Shown here: one piece after another, positions 54,031 to 64,000 of the stretch
How the letters are laid out: each line of letters starts with the position of its first letter
Numbering within the stretch: position 1 is the first letter of the stretch
Translations under genes and position numbers: made by a program
Assembly (NCBI GenBank): GCA_963833985.1
Contig: CAWIAD010000002.1
Location: 5,696,001-5,760,000 of the forward strand
Length of the DNA stretch: 64,000 bases
Source: an uncultured Planctomycetaceae bacterium
GTDB taxonomy: Bacteria > Planctomycetota > Planctomycetia > Isosphaerales > Isosphaeraceae
Direction of reading: 5' to 3'
The notes under the pieces: generated by a model
Told to the model about the DNA's origin: nothing
Databases searched by the model: none
Seen by the model: the letters and a program-made list of their open reading frames with translations, nothing else

Positions 54031-56190
54031 TCATCGAGCGTTCACGGGCTCACTCAAGCTCTCCAGCCCAGCCACATTGAGGAACCGGTTCGATGACGCG
54101 GGCGGTTTCTCGACAAGCAGGCGGATGCGGAGGGTGTGGCGGCCGGGGGCGAGGCCGCGCTGGGTCCAGTCGAACGGCAATTCGCGGCCGGGTCCGTATT
54201 GATCGACGGTGGCGACCACCTTGCCGTCGATGGAAACCTCGGCCGTGCCGGCATCGTCGAACCGGTAGCCCAGCCATCGCACGCCGGTCCCTTCAAACGA
54301 GCCCTCGGCGGTGGCGCCCACCTCGTTGCTGAAGCGGAAGACCCCGGCGTTGCTCCAGTGACCGGTGAAAGTCAGGTCGGCATGCGGGATGCGCTGGCCC
54401 ATGGTGGGGTCGAGATAGACGAAGTAACGCTGGGCGGGACCATAGGCGGCAAAGGGGCGGGCGAGCACGTCAGGCTTGCCGGCCAGGCGATAGTGCAAGG
54501 GCTTGCCGGCGACCGGTTCGAGCTGCCGCTCGATCGTCGTGAACTCCAGGTTCCGCAGCACCCGGGCGCTCGGGGCCTCGAACGCCAGCACGACGGGGCC
54601 AAGAAGAATGGCGGCGGGCTTCGCGTGAGCGGGGCTCAGGCGGGATTGTGCAAGCTTCATCGGCAAGCGCACGGAGAAGACGTCGCCGCTCTGCCAGCGC
54701 CGGCGCAGCCCTGCCCAGTGCCGGTCGCTCGCGTGCAGGCTCACAGCCTCGCCATTGACCTTCGCCTCGATCGGTGCGGCCAGCCAGCCCGGTACGCGAA
54801 AGCGGATGCTCAGCTCCACGGGCCCGGACACCGTGACCCTGAGACGCACCTCGTCGCTGGCCGGAAACGCGGTGCTCTGGGTCACCTTGACCAATTCATT
54901 GCCCTGTTTCCAGGCGACCGTCGCGGGCGTGAAGAGATTGACGTAGAGGCCGTCCGCGTCGCGGAAATAGACGAGATCCGTCATGTCGGCCACGGCCTGA
55001 GGCCGGGTCCCCGTGCAGCACGACCAGCCGAAGTCGGTGTTCCGCTTGGTCGCACCGTGCAGGTTGTAGTCCGAGTAGTAGAACACATGCCCGTCGGGCG
55101 TCATGGGGATGCCGGCGCAGAGACCGTTGTGAACCAGTTGCTCGATCCAGTCGCCGTAGGTTGCGTCGCCCGTGAATGTGATCAGGTATTTGGCCAGCTT
55201 GAAGACGGCCCAGGAACCGCACTGGGTCTCGAACGAGTTGTGAGTCAGGTCGAGCTTCTCCCGCAGCCTGTCGGCCGGCAGCAACTGCTCGTCGGGCCCG
55301 AAACCGCCGGTGGCGAAGCACTGGTGCTTGTGCAGAAAGACGTAAGCGTTGCGAAGGATGTCGAGGTCATGCGGGTTGCCCGTCACGCGATAGGCGGCCC
55401 CTGCTCCACCCAGGGTGTTGACGTGGCTATAAGCATGGTACGAGGTATTGTGCTGGCCGTCCGGCCGGGGTGCGAAGATGTCGCCCTGGCGCGCGTAAAT
55501 CTCCCAGTAGTCCCGGTACTCCCAGACCCTGGCGAATTCACGGTACTTCTGCTGGCCGGTGGCCAGATAGGCACGGTACAGGTTCTCGCTGAGCGTGTAC
55601 CATTCGGTGGAAGTGTCATTGACGCGGCGCGTGCGATCAAGGTGCTTGATGGCCCAGTCGGTGATCCGTTCCAGGTACCCTAGCGCCTCGGTGTTGCCGC
55701 AATACGCGTGGGCGTCGAGCAGGCCCCAGAGCATCTTGTCATAGATATAATGGGGCGCGTTCGGCTTGCGCGAGGCATAAAAGTAACCGTCCGGCTCAAT
55801 GCATGTGGCCCATTCGGATATCAGCCGGTTGGCCTTGTCGCGGCACGCCGGGTCGCCCGTGGCGGCGTATAGCCGGGCCAGGCCGGAGACGACCTGGCCG
55901 AAGACGTGGAACGTGTCGGAGCTGTACCAGCCTCCCAGGTCCTTGCCGGGCGCGGGTTTCCCGGCCCTGGTCCGGAAGCCCTTCAACAGGTCGTCATCGG
56001 AGATCGTCAGATAGAAGGCGCGGGTCTCGTCGACCTGCTGCTTGAGCGGGCCGTCGTCGAGTCGCACACCGCGATAGTCAAAGGGCTCGATGATCCGTGC
56101 ACCGGCCGGCTGGAAGGCCCTGCCGGCTGGGTCGTCGCCGGGAGAAACGGCCAGCAGACAGCATGCCAGGAGGGCGGTGGTGGGGCTCAT
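54031..56190 (-). CDS. GH127/146-like beta-L-arabinofuranosidase with C-terminal beta-sandwich
   Basis: HAYSH, ATGG, ETQC, WSCCTGT, FRVPGW, LLGPVVLA. Confidence 0.85.
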   Translation of the reverse strand: MSPTTALLACCLLAVSPGDDPAGRAFQPAGARIIEPFDYRGVRLDDGPLKQQVDETRAFYLTISDDDLLKGFRTRAGKPAPGKDLGGWYSSDTFHVFGQVVSGLARLYAATGDPACRDKANRLISEWATCIEPDGYFYASRKPNAPHYIYDKMLWGLLDAHAYCGNTEALGYLERITDWAIKHLDRTRRVNDTSTEWYTLSENLYRAYLATGQQKYREFARVWEYRDYWEIYARQGDIFAPRPDGQHNTSYHAYSHVNTLGGAGAAYRVTGNPHDLDILRNAYVFLHKHQCFATGGFGPDEQLLPADRLREKLDLTHNSFETQCGSWAVFKLAKYLITFTGDATYGDWIEQLVHNGLCAGIPMTPDGHVFYYSDYNLHGATKRNTDFGWSCCTGTRPQAVADMTDLVYFRDADGLYVNLFTPATVAWKQGNELVKVTQSTAFPASDEVRLRVTVSGPVELSIRFRVPGWLAAPIEAKVNGEAVSLHASDRHWAGLRRRWQSGDVFSVRLPMKLAQSRLSPAHAKPAAILLGPVVLAFEAPSARVLRNLEFTTIERQLEPVAGKPLHYRLAGKPDVLARPFAAYGPAQRYFVYLDPTMGQRIPHADLTFTGHWSNAGVFRFSNEVGATAEGSFEGTGVRWLGYRFDDAGTAEVSIDGKVVATVDQYGPGRELPFDWTQRGLAPGRHTLRIRLLVEKPPASSNRFLNVAGLESLSEPVNAR

Positions 56191-56468
56191 TTGCGGGCGC
56201 TTCCGGTGATTGCAGTTCCTCGGTGCGGTCTGGCTCAATGCCCGCGATCATACGACCACCAATTTCGATTGCAACGCACTACCGGGCTCGTTGCCCATCC
56301 ATTGCGGGCCGCGAAAATCACAAAACGCGACAAGGGGACAGGGAGGATCGGAGTCATCCACGGTCGCGACCTGAAAACGAAGCGGCCGCTGACGTTCTCC
56401 ACGCCAGCGGCCGCATTCAGCCCCCATTCTTCAGGCAATCTGGTACGAAGAGTCGACTCGAGAATGGA

Positions 56469-58544
56469 TCACGCCGGCCGGATGTGTGGCGAGCGCCTCT
56501 GGATCCGGTTGGATCGGCCCACGAGAACGCGATAGCCGCCCGCGGCCAGCACCGCGGTTCCGGCGAGTGCCGCCATGGCGCCGGAGCCAGAGCCCGTCAC
56601 GGAGGCTTGCTCCGAAAACGCTGGGGCCGGCGTCAACTCAAGGCGGTGGGGAAGGCTCACGCCGACCTGTGCCAGAGCCTCGTCGCGCAGCGCTTGCGCA
56701 GGATCGCCCGCGGGTTCGTCCGTCCCGGGTGTCATGGGAACTGCGGGGGCTTCGGCCGGAACCGCTTCGGTCGCCGGAGCCGAGTTCTGGTCAATCGCCG
56801 GAGCCGAGTTCTGATCAGCCGCGGGAGCCGTGTTCTGCTGAGCGGCTGGGGCGGCGGGGGGCGCGACGACCGGCACCGGGGGAGCGGCCTGGTCCGCAAG
56901 GGGCGTGCTGGTTTCGGTCGAGGCGTCGATCACCAGGCTGGGTGCGGGAGTGGAGACGGCCGCCGACACGCTTTGCCCGAGTGAGGCCGACGGAGTGGTG
57001 CTCGAGCTGCTCGCCGTTGCGCTTGCCTGGGACTGCGTTGAAACCACGGTCTGTGCCGTGGTGAAGCCCGAAGGCGTCGTCACGAGTGCCTGGATCGCGA
57101 GGCCGCTCGACGTCGTGGTGCCGCTGGCCAGACCACTGGCGACCAGGCCGGCGACGGTTGCTGGCGGAGCCGATGGTGCCGCAACGAGATCATACCGCGA
57201 CGCGGATCCGCTGACGTGGGCGGACGATGCTGTCACGGCAGCCTGTGCCGTGGTTGTTGGTGTGGTCGTCGAGACGCCGTTCTCGCTGAGGATGCCGGCG
57301 ATCACCAGGTTCGCCCGCGGCGAGCCCAGGCCGGTGACCAGGTCGTAACCGGTACCGGCGGAGTAGCCGTTGAAACCGCTGGTGACGTCATTGTAGAACG
57401 ACTTGGGCAGCGCGTAGAGATCGTTGAGCGCCTGCTGGTTGGCGAGTGTTCCCTTTCCGCCCTGTACCAGGCCCTGGTTGGCGACCGCAATCAGCCCCGC
57501 CCAGGCCGGAGTGGCGGCGCTGGTGCCGCCAACCTGAAACCAGCCGGACTGGCCGCCGTTGGGTATCGAGTCGTAGACCGGCACACCCGTGTTGGGGTCT
57601 GCATTCAAGGCCACGTCCGGCGTGGTCCGGACACCATAGCTGAGCCCCGCGGCCTGGAGCGACGCGTTCTGGTACGCAGGCTGCGGCTCGTAGCTCCTCC
57701 AGGACGTGTCGTAACCGCTGAACCCGCCTGTGCTGTACGTCCACCCAGATTCGCCGTTGTAGGCGTTGGTGGAGGTCAGGTTGAGCGTGGTGCCTCCGAC
57801 GGCCAGCACGTTCGGCGAGACCGACGGGTAGGACGGGCCGGACCACGCGCCCGAATCTCCCGAAGCGGCGACGAACGTCACGCCGATATGCCCGGCGGGC
57901 GTTGTGAACAGGCTGTCGTAGGAAGCTTCGCCGTAGAACTCGTTGGTTCCCCAGCTCATCGAGACAACGCTGACGTTGGGCAGGCTCTTGGCGACGCTGA
58001 CCGCGTTGAAAAGGTCGCTGAAGCTGGCCGAGGGGGCTTCAACGAGGTCGATGTAGGCCGCCGGCGCCATGGTATGGGCCCATTCCACGTCCAATGCGGT
58101 CTCCAGGGCCCAACCCGAGTCCGTCGTGGTGGCGCCCAGGTTCACGACATTCAGGGCCGCCGGGGCAGGCAAGCCGGTCTGGCGGTCGAAGGCGGCCAGG
58201 TCGGCGGCGATGTTGGGGTCGTTATAGGCGGTGACGATGGCAATGGTCTGACCTGCGCCATAGCCGCCGACCGTTCCGCCAGCGAACTTGACCTGCGGAA
58301 GGCCATAAGCGCTGCGGATGGCGCCGGGGGTCAATCCGGTGAGGCCGGTGACGGCCATCGGCTGGACAACCAGGTTCGGCTGGGCCGTGATCTGGCTGAG
58401 ATTCGGAGTGGACGTTGCGGCCGTCGAGAGCAGTTGCCGGCCTTCGAGCGTTTCGCAATCGAGCGTCAGGCGGGTGCGATTCGGAGCGCGGAACTGGGCG
58501 ACCGCGCCGGAACGCGATCGCGCGGCAAGTCTCCAGTCACTCAT
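56469..58544 (-). CDS. S53 (sedolisin/kumamolisin) peptidase with LEPR-XLL-type N-terminal motif
   Basis: ETLEGRQLLS; ETALDVE, ASGDSG, GGTSAATP, GYDLVTGLGSP. Confidence 0.9.
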   Translation of the reverse strand: MSDWRLAARSRSGAVAQFRAPNRTRLTLDCETLEGRQLLSTAATSTPNLSQITAQPNLVVQPMAVTGLTGLTPGAIRSAYGLPQVKFAGGTVGGYGAGQTIAIVTAYNDPNIAADLAAFDRQTGLPAPAALNVVNLGATTTDSGWALETALDVEWAHTMAPAAYIDLVEAPSASFSDLFNAVSVAKSLPNVSVVSMSWGTNEFYGEASYDSLFTTPAGHIGVTFVAASGDSGAWSGPSYPSVSPNVLAVGGTTLNLTSTNAYNGESGWTYSTGGFSGYDTSWRSYEPQPAYQNASLQAAGLSYGVRTTPDVALNADPNTGVPVYDSIPNGGQSGWFQVGGTSAATPAWAGLIAVANQGLVQGGKGTLANQQALNDLYALPKSFYNDVTSGFNGYSAGTGYDLVTGLGSPRANLVIAGILSENGVSTTTPTTTAQAAVTASSAHVSGSASRYDLVAAPSAPPATVAGLVASGLASGTTTSSGLAIQALVTTPSGFTTAQTVVSTQSQASATASSSSTTPSASLGQSVSAAVSTPAPSLVIDASTETSTPLADQAAPPVPVVAPPAAPAAQQNTAPAADQNSAPAIDQNSAPATEAVPAEAPAVPMTPGTDEPAGDPAQALRDEALAQVGVSLPHRLELTPAPAFSEQASVTGSGSGAMAALAGTAVLAAGGYRVLVGRSNRIQRRSPHIRPA
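56772..56843. repeat. Three 24-bp in-frame tandem repeats (xDQNSAPA-like)
   Basis: CGCCGGAGCCGAGTTCTG core with period 24. Confidence 0.8.
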
Positions 58545-58762
58545 TGATGAACCTCATCGAGATGTCGGCACCAGGAGCGGAGGTAGTCGTTCAGAGACCG
58601 TCGGCGGGTTGAAGCCTCTCAGTGTGTCGCTTGCCGCAACCCCTCTAAAGTAGAACACGCAACTGCGGGCCAGAGGCGCGCGCGGTTCGTGGTTGAGCAG
58701 ATCCCCGAACGGTTTTCTGAACAAGGACCTCGGAATTGACAGCGCCAGGTGGTGTGCCGGCG

Positions 58763-59533
58763 TCATCCCAGCTCGGCGACCGGTATATGTGCCACGCTTT
58801 CAAACACGTGCGTCGGGCGATACGGGTAGGTTTCGATGAGCTCGCGGCTGGTGACGCCAGAGAGGACGAGGATGGTCTTCATGCCGGCCTCCGTGCCCGC
58901 AATGATGTCTGTATCCATCCGATCACCCACCATGAAGGCCTCGGCTGGACCGACCTGCAAGGTTCCCAGCGCCGTCCACATCATGAGCGGGTTTGGTTTG
59001 CCCACGAAATAGGGTTTCTTCCCCGTGGCGAGCTCGATGGGCGCCACCAGGGCTCCGCAGGCGGGGGTGATGCCCAGCTCGGTGGGACCGGTCAGGTCGG
59101 GATTGGTGGCGATGAACCGAGCGCCCTTGAGAATGAGGCGGACCGCGCGCTCGATCTTCTCGTAGTCATAGCTGCGGGTCTCGCCCACGACTACGTAATC
59201 GGGATTGTGCTCGGTGAGAGTGAATCCCACGCTGTAAAGGGCATGCGTCAGCCCCGCCCCGCCGATGACGTATGCGGTCCCGCCCGGTTTCTGTCGGCCC
59301 AGGAACTCCGCGGTGGCCAGCGCCGAGGTGTGGAAGGCGGCTTCATCGACCGAGATCCCCATCTGCTCGAGCTTGTGCTTCAGGTCGCGCGGGGTCCACT
59401 GGCTGTTGTTGGTCACAAAGAGGAATCTGTGCCCCCGCGACTGGAGGGTTTGCACGAACTCGACTGCGCCGGGGATCAACCTGCTGCCATGATAAATCAC
59501 GCCATCCATATCGCATACATAGCTCATCGGCAT
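58763..59533 (-). CDS. HAD-IIA phosphatase (NagD-like)
   Basis: DMDGV, TNN, ATNPD, GKPN, GDRMDTDI. Confidence 0.93.
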   Translation of the reverse strand: MPMSYVCDMDGVIYHGSRLIPGAVEFVQTLQSRGHRFLFVTNNSQWTPRDLKHKLEQMGISVDEAAFHTSALATAEFLGRQKPGGTAYVIGGAGLTHALYSVGFTLTEHNPDYVVVGETRSYDYEKIERAVRLILKGARFIATNPDLTGPTELGITPACGALVAPIELATGKKPYFVGKPNPLMMWTALGTLQVGPAEAFMVGDRMDTDIIAGTEAGMKTILVLSGVTSRELIETYPYRPTHVFESVAHIPVAELG

Positions 59534-59659
59534 CGGTGCTGTCTCCTGGTCGCAGAGGCGAACCGAGTCTCCGCGACGCGGCTTTTCGGTCGCTGCGCTT
59601 CATGATAAGATCCCTGAAACCTGCTCACAACCTCGACGAGCGCGGCACTCGAGACTGCC

Positions 59660-60064
59660 ATGATGGATGAGCGGAAGCGCCCTGGATTCCAGTTCTCGGT
59701 GAGGTCGCTGATGCTCGCGACGGCGGCAGGCGCCCTGCTGCTCACGCCGGTGGCCTGGGTGGCACGTGAACGGCGGCAGTTGCTGCAAGCCCAGCATGCC
59801 ATCCTGGCTGCACGCGAGACGGCCCTGCGTTCGGCCGTCCGCGAGGAGCAGAGGCGGCTCCGGCAGACAAAGTCACCTCCGGGAGAAACGTCCCCGCCGG
59901 CACCATCCGGCCCGAGCCTTGCTCTGCCGGGTGTGGAGAAGCTGCCGGCAGACGATCAACTGCGCGATGAGAACGTGCATCTCCGGCGGCAGGTTGAACA
60001 GCTTCGCCGCGAAGTGGAACGGCTCAAGCACGCGGCCGCACCGCCCGGCAACCCAAAACGATGA
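59660..60064 (+). CDS. Hypothetical single-TM coiled-coil protein
   Basis: FQFSVRSLM motif, TM helix, coiled coil. Confidence 0.7.
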   Translation: MMDERKRPGFQFSVRSLMLATAAGALLLTPVAWVARERRQLLQAQHAILAARETALRSAVREEQRRLRQTKSPPGETSPPAPSGPSLALPGVEKLPADDQLRDENVHLRRQVEQLRREVERLKHAAAPPGNPKR

Positions 60065-60274
60065 TCCGGTGAGTTCTCGGTGAACTTCCATGCGATCGAT
60101 CGTATCTCTTTGCCGCGAATGAGGCTTGTTCGGCGCGTCCGAGCATGGCGCGGCGAGCGGCCCAGGCGATCGTCCGTGCCGGGCTCGGTTCTCCCAGGGT
60201 GTCGCCAGCACCATCGCCGCCAGGGACCCGGATCCAGGCCGTTCTGATCCTCTTGAAAATCAGCGAGATGTCCC

Positions 60275-62173
60275 ATGGTTCCCCTGCTGCTCACCACGAT
60301 CTGTGCGATCCAGGCGCCAGGCGGCTTCCCGGCCGAGACCGGTCAAAAGCCGCACCCGTCGGTGCTCAAGGTTGACCCGCCGTCGTGGTGGCCCGGGCAC
60401 ACCATCAACCCGGTCCGGCTGCTGATCCGCGGCAGGCACCTCGGCGGTGCTCGGCTGCTCTCGAGCCGGCGCGACATCGGCATCCAGGACGTGTCCGTCA
60501 ATGCTTCCGGCACGTACCTCTTCGCGAGTCTGCGTATCGACGCGGGAGCCGCCCCGGGCGACCTGGCCTTGCGGCTACAGACCGATGGCGGCGAGGCTGA
60601 GGTTCCCTTCCGTCTCGAGCCGCCCTGGAACTCCAACACCTTTCAGGGTGCCCGCGGTATCACCGCCGATGATGTCATCTACCTGATCATGACCGACCGT
60701 TTCAGCGACGGCGATGCCGCGAACAACGTGCCGGCCGGCGCTCCGGCTCAGGCGACGGATCGCGGCCAGCCCAGGGGGTATCACGGCGGAGATTTCCGAG
60801 GTGTGATTGCCCGGCTGCCTTACCTTCAAGAGCTGGGCATCACAGCGCTCTGGCTGACACCCTGGTACGACAACTGGAATGGCTTTTACGAATGCGACAA
60901 GCCCTGGTGCCCGTACAGCTATTACCACGGCTATCACGCGGTGGATCACTACGCCGTCGAGGACCACTTCGGGACGCTCCAGACGCTTCGAGAGCTGGTG
61001 GGGCAGGCCCATTCCAGGGGCATCAAGGTGATCCAGGACCAGGTGTCCAACCAGGTGGGTTTGCATCATCCCTGGGTCAGCGAGCCCCCGCTGCCGGACT
61101 GGTTGCACGGCTCGCCCGATCGCCATCAGTCGAACCCGTTTCGCACCGAGTGGCTGTCGTCGCCGCACGCGGCCGCCGTTGATCGGGCTCGTGTGCTCGA
61201 CGGCTGGTTCAGCGCGGACTCGCCCGACCTCAACCAGGACGAGCCCGAAGTCGCCCGGTACCTCATCCAGAACGCGCTCTGGTGGGTGGCCGCGACCGGG
61301 ATCGACGGAATCCGTGAAGACACCGCGCAGTACGTACCGCGCCGTTATCTCCGCGACCTGACCGCGGCCTTGCACCGGCAGCATCCCCGAATCACGGTCG
61401 TGGGCGAGGTGCTCGATCTCGACCCGATCCACACGAGCTTTTACCTTGGCGGCCAAGCCGGCTGGGACGGCGTTGATACCGGGCTGGACTCGGTCTTTGA
61501 TTTCCCCTCCTGGGCCGTGGCCGTGAATGCGTTCTCCGGCAAGGCGCCGCTCCACGAGCTGAGGCGAGTCTTGCGGGCCGATCGGCTTTACCCCGACGCC
61601 GCGCGCCTCACGACCCTGACCAGCAACCACGATGTGCGCCGGTTTCCGAGCTGGCCGGGAGCCAGCCCCGATAAAGCCCGGCTGCAAATCGCCTTCACGC
61701 TCGCGCTGCGGGGGATCCCGCAGCTCTACTACGGCGATGAAATCGGCCTTGCCGGCAACGATGACCCGGACAACCGCCGAGACTTCCCCGGCGGTTTCGC
61801 GGGCGACCCGAAGAGCGCCTTCTCCGCGTCGGGACGGACTCCGGACCAGCAGCGCCTCTGGGCCTGGACTCGGGATTGGATCGCCCTTCGCCGGAACCAT
61901 GCGGCCCTCCGCCGTGGCGGGCTGACCGATCTCGACTCCGGACCCGACCACTACGTCTTCGCCCGCAGCGACGCCAGGGAGACGATCGTGATCGCGCTCC
62001 ATCGAGGCGACCGGCCGACCGTTGCGCGCTTCGCCACAGAAGCCCTCGGCGCCCGCGCGGGCATGTCTCTGTTTCCGATTCTGGGCGACGGCGGTCCGGT
62101 CCGTATCGAGGGCGGCCAGATCTCGCTACAACTCGCACCATGCAGCGCCACGGCTCTCGAGCTCAGACGATGA
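60275..62173 (+). CDS. GH13 cyclomaltodextrinase/neopullulanase-like glycosidase
   Basis: KVDPPSWW, YLIMTDRF, YHGGD, DGIRED, VGE, NHD. Confidence 0.9.
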   Translation: MVPLLLTTICAIQAPGGFPAETGQKPHPSVLKVDPPSWWPGHTINPVRLLIRGRHLGGARLLSSRRDIGIQDVSVNASGTYLFASLRIDAGAAPGDLALRLQTDGGEAEVPFRLEPPWNSNTFQGARGITADDVIYLIMTDRFSDGDAANNVPAGAPAQATDRGQPRGYHGGDFRGVIARLPYLQELGITALWLTPWYDNWNGFYECDKPWCPYSYYHGYHAVDHYAVEDHFGTLQTLRELVGQAHSRGIKVIQDQVSNQVGLHHPWVSEPPLPDWLHGSPDRHQSNPFRTEWLSSPHAAAVDRARVLDGWFSADSPDLNQDEPEVARYLIQNALWWVAATGIDGIREDTAQYVPRRYLRDLTAALHRQHPRITVVGEVLDLDPIHTSFYLGGQAGWDGVDTGLDSVFDFPSWAVAVNAFSGKAPLHELRRVLRADRLYPDAARLTTLTSNHDVRRFPSWPGASPDKARLQIAFTLALRGIPQLYYGDEIGLAGNDDPDNRRDFPGGFAGDPKSAFSASGRTPDQQRLWAWTRDWIALRRNHAALRRGGLTDLDSGPDHYVFARSDARETIVIALHRGDRPTVARFATEALGARAGMSLFPILGDGGPVRIEGGQISLQLAPCSATALELRR

Positions 62174-62203
62174 GCGGCACGAACACGCAGGAGGCATGCG
62201 ACC

Positions 62204-63922
62204 ATGGGAGATCTCCATTCCGGAGACGTGACGGTCTTCTTCCTCGGGTTGGCCGTTCTGTTAGGCTCGGCCCACGCCCTGGGAGAGATCGCCCGCCGAT
62301 TGGGACAGCCCGCGGTGATCGGCGAGATGGTCGCGGGGCTGCTGCTCGGCCCCACCGTGCTCGGAGCGCTGGCTCCGGCGTTCCAGGCGTGGCTCTTTCC
62401 CGCCCATGGACCGGCCGCCGTGGCGCTGGACGGCGTGATCGCCCTGGCCGTGGCGCTCCTGTTGCTGGTCGCTGGCCTGGAAGTGGATCTCTCGGCCGTG
62501 TGGCGGCAAGGCCGGGCGGCCGCGGTCGTGGCACTGGCGGGACTTCTTGTCCCCCTGGGGGTTGGCGGCCTCCTGGCCGGACTGATGCCCGGCTGGTGGG
62601 GCATACCCATTGAGGGAATGCCCTGGACCTTTGCCATCTTCTTCGGTACCGCGCTGGCCGTGAGCGCACTGCCGGTCATCGCCAAGATCCTGCTCGATCT
62701 GGATCTCTTTCAGACCGATTTTGGAATGCTCGCGCTGGTGGCGGCCACGCTCAACAACCTGCTCGCCTGGCTGATCTTCTCGGTGGTGCTGGGCGGCCGC
62801 GCCGGGGGGCAGCCGCTGGGCTACACCATCACACAGACGGTCGGCTTCGTGGTGCTGATGATGACGGTGGGGCGCTGGTCCGCAGACCGGGCCCTTCCCT
62901 GGGTGCAGGCGCACCTGGCCTGGCCCGGCGGGGTGCTCGGCTTCTTGCTGGTGACCGGCCTGGTCGGAGCGGCGATCACCGAGGCGATTGGCATCCACGC
63001 CATCTTCGGCGCGCTTCTGGCCGGGATCGTCCTGGGCGATTCACCGCATCTCCGCGAGCACACCCGCCATATCGTGCTCCGCTTCGTGGAGGGCGTGCTG
63101 GCGCCAATCTTCGTGGCGGCTATCGGCCTGGAAGTGAACTTCGTCACCAAGTTCGACCTCTGGCTGGTGCTCCGGGTCCTTGCCGTGGGGATGGCAGTCA
63201 AGGTGATCGGGTGCGCCGCGGCGGCTCGTCTGGGCGGGCTGCGCGGCAGCGAAGCCTGGGGCATGGGCTGGGCAATGAACGCTCGGGGCGAGCTGGGAAT
63301 CGTGCTGGGCCTGCTGGCCTGGCAAGCCGGCGTGATCCGCGAGCGCTTGTTCGTGGCGCTGGTCGTGCTGGCAATCGCCACGTCGGCCCTCGCCGGTCCC
63401 ATGCTCAAGCGGCTGCTGCGCAAGGAGCGAGCCTGGTCGCTGGCCACGATCCTGGATAGCGGGCTGTGTGTCACGGAGCTCGAGGCGGGCAATGTTTCCG
63501 AGGCCATCCACCGGCTCTCCGCCGTGGCCGCCGAGCGGGCCGTCCTGGACGAGGCGTGGGTGGCGCGCGCGGTGCTCGAGCGCGAGGCCCTGCGCGGCAC
63601 GGGCATTGGCAACGGGGTCGCGGTGCCGCACGCCCGGTTGATCAACCTCAAGGCGTCCCTGGTGGTGGTGGGACGCTCGAAGCAGGGCCTGGCCTTCGAC
63701 GCACCCGACCCGGAGCCGGTGCGGCTGGTGTTCCTGGTGCTGACGCCCGTGGCCGACAGCGGTGCCCAGGTGCGCATCCTCGGCTCGATCGCACGCCAGG
63801 TCCGCGTGCCCGAGGTCCGCGCCGCGGCGCTGGCCGCGCGCACGCCCACGGCCTTGCTGGCGGCCTTCCGCATTGCCGATGTGCTTCAGAAAACGTCAGA
63901 GATGGAGCCGAGCGCAACGTAG
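62204..63922 (+). CDS. CPA2 cation:proton antiporter fused to a PTS EIIA-2 domain
   Basis: QPAVIGE, SALPVIAKIL, MNARGE; C-terminal REAL..TGIGNGVAVPHAR. Confidence 0.9.
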   Translation: MGDLHSGDVTVFFLGLAVLLGSAHALGEIARRLGQPAVIGEMVAGLLLGPTVLGALAPAFQAWLFPAHGPAAVALDGVIALAVALLLLVAGLEVDLSAVWRQGRAAAVVALAGLLVPLGVGGLLAGLMPGWWGIPIEGMPWTFAIFFGTALAVSALPVIAKILLDLDLFQTDFGMLALVAATLNNLLAWLIFSVVLGGRAGGQPLGYTITQTVGFVVLMMTVGRWSADRALPWVQAHLAWPGGVLGFLLVTGLVGAAITEAIGIHAIFGALLAGIVLGDSPHLREHTRHIVLRFVEGVLAPIFVAAIGLEVNFVTKFDLWLVLRVLAVGMAVKVIGCAAAARLGGLRGSEAWGMGWAMNARGELGIVLGLLAWQAGVIRERLFVALVVLAIATSALAGPMLKRLLRKERAWSLATILDSGLCVTELEAGNVSEAIHRLSAVAAERAVLDEAWVARAVLEREALRGTGIGNGVAVPHARLINLKASLVVVGRSKQGLAFDAPDPEPVRLVFLVLTPVADSGAQVRILGSIARQVRVPEVRAAALAARTPTALLAAFRIADVLQKTSEMEPSAT

Positions 63923-64000
63923 TGAGGCAGAGAAAGCGGCTGTCGCCGGTGGGTCATGACTTTCAGGCCAGAATGTCGTCATGGCTTCCAGCGAAGCGAC

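Overview
High-GC bacterial chromosome segment, very likely Planctomycetota (Isosphaeraceae-like; inferred from a PVC-type heme protein, an LEPR-XLL-type secreted protease, an ECF sigma/Ser-Thr kinase pair and several Gfo/Idh/MocA genes). The backbone encodes carbohydrate and peptide degradation and transport (two GH13, GH33, GH127-like, S9, M61, S53, two MFS, ABC), hldD-hldE, a B12 radical SAM enzyme, a P450 and a porin. Two intact insertion sequences are present (ISKra4-type 5312-7051; IS1634-type 18856-21099), along with several REP-like, heptamer and MITE repeats and many toxin-antitoxin (TA) pieces. The most notable feature is a GNAT TA islet with a hybrid AbrB-like/DUF1778-like antitoxin. 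It sits between two ~85%-identical copies of a kinase gene's 3' end, which suggests insertion with 3'-end replacement. About eight single-base frameshifts in otherwise intact genes suggest assembly errors. No rRNA, tRNA or CRISPR array was recognised. All family calls come from motif recognition, not database searches.
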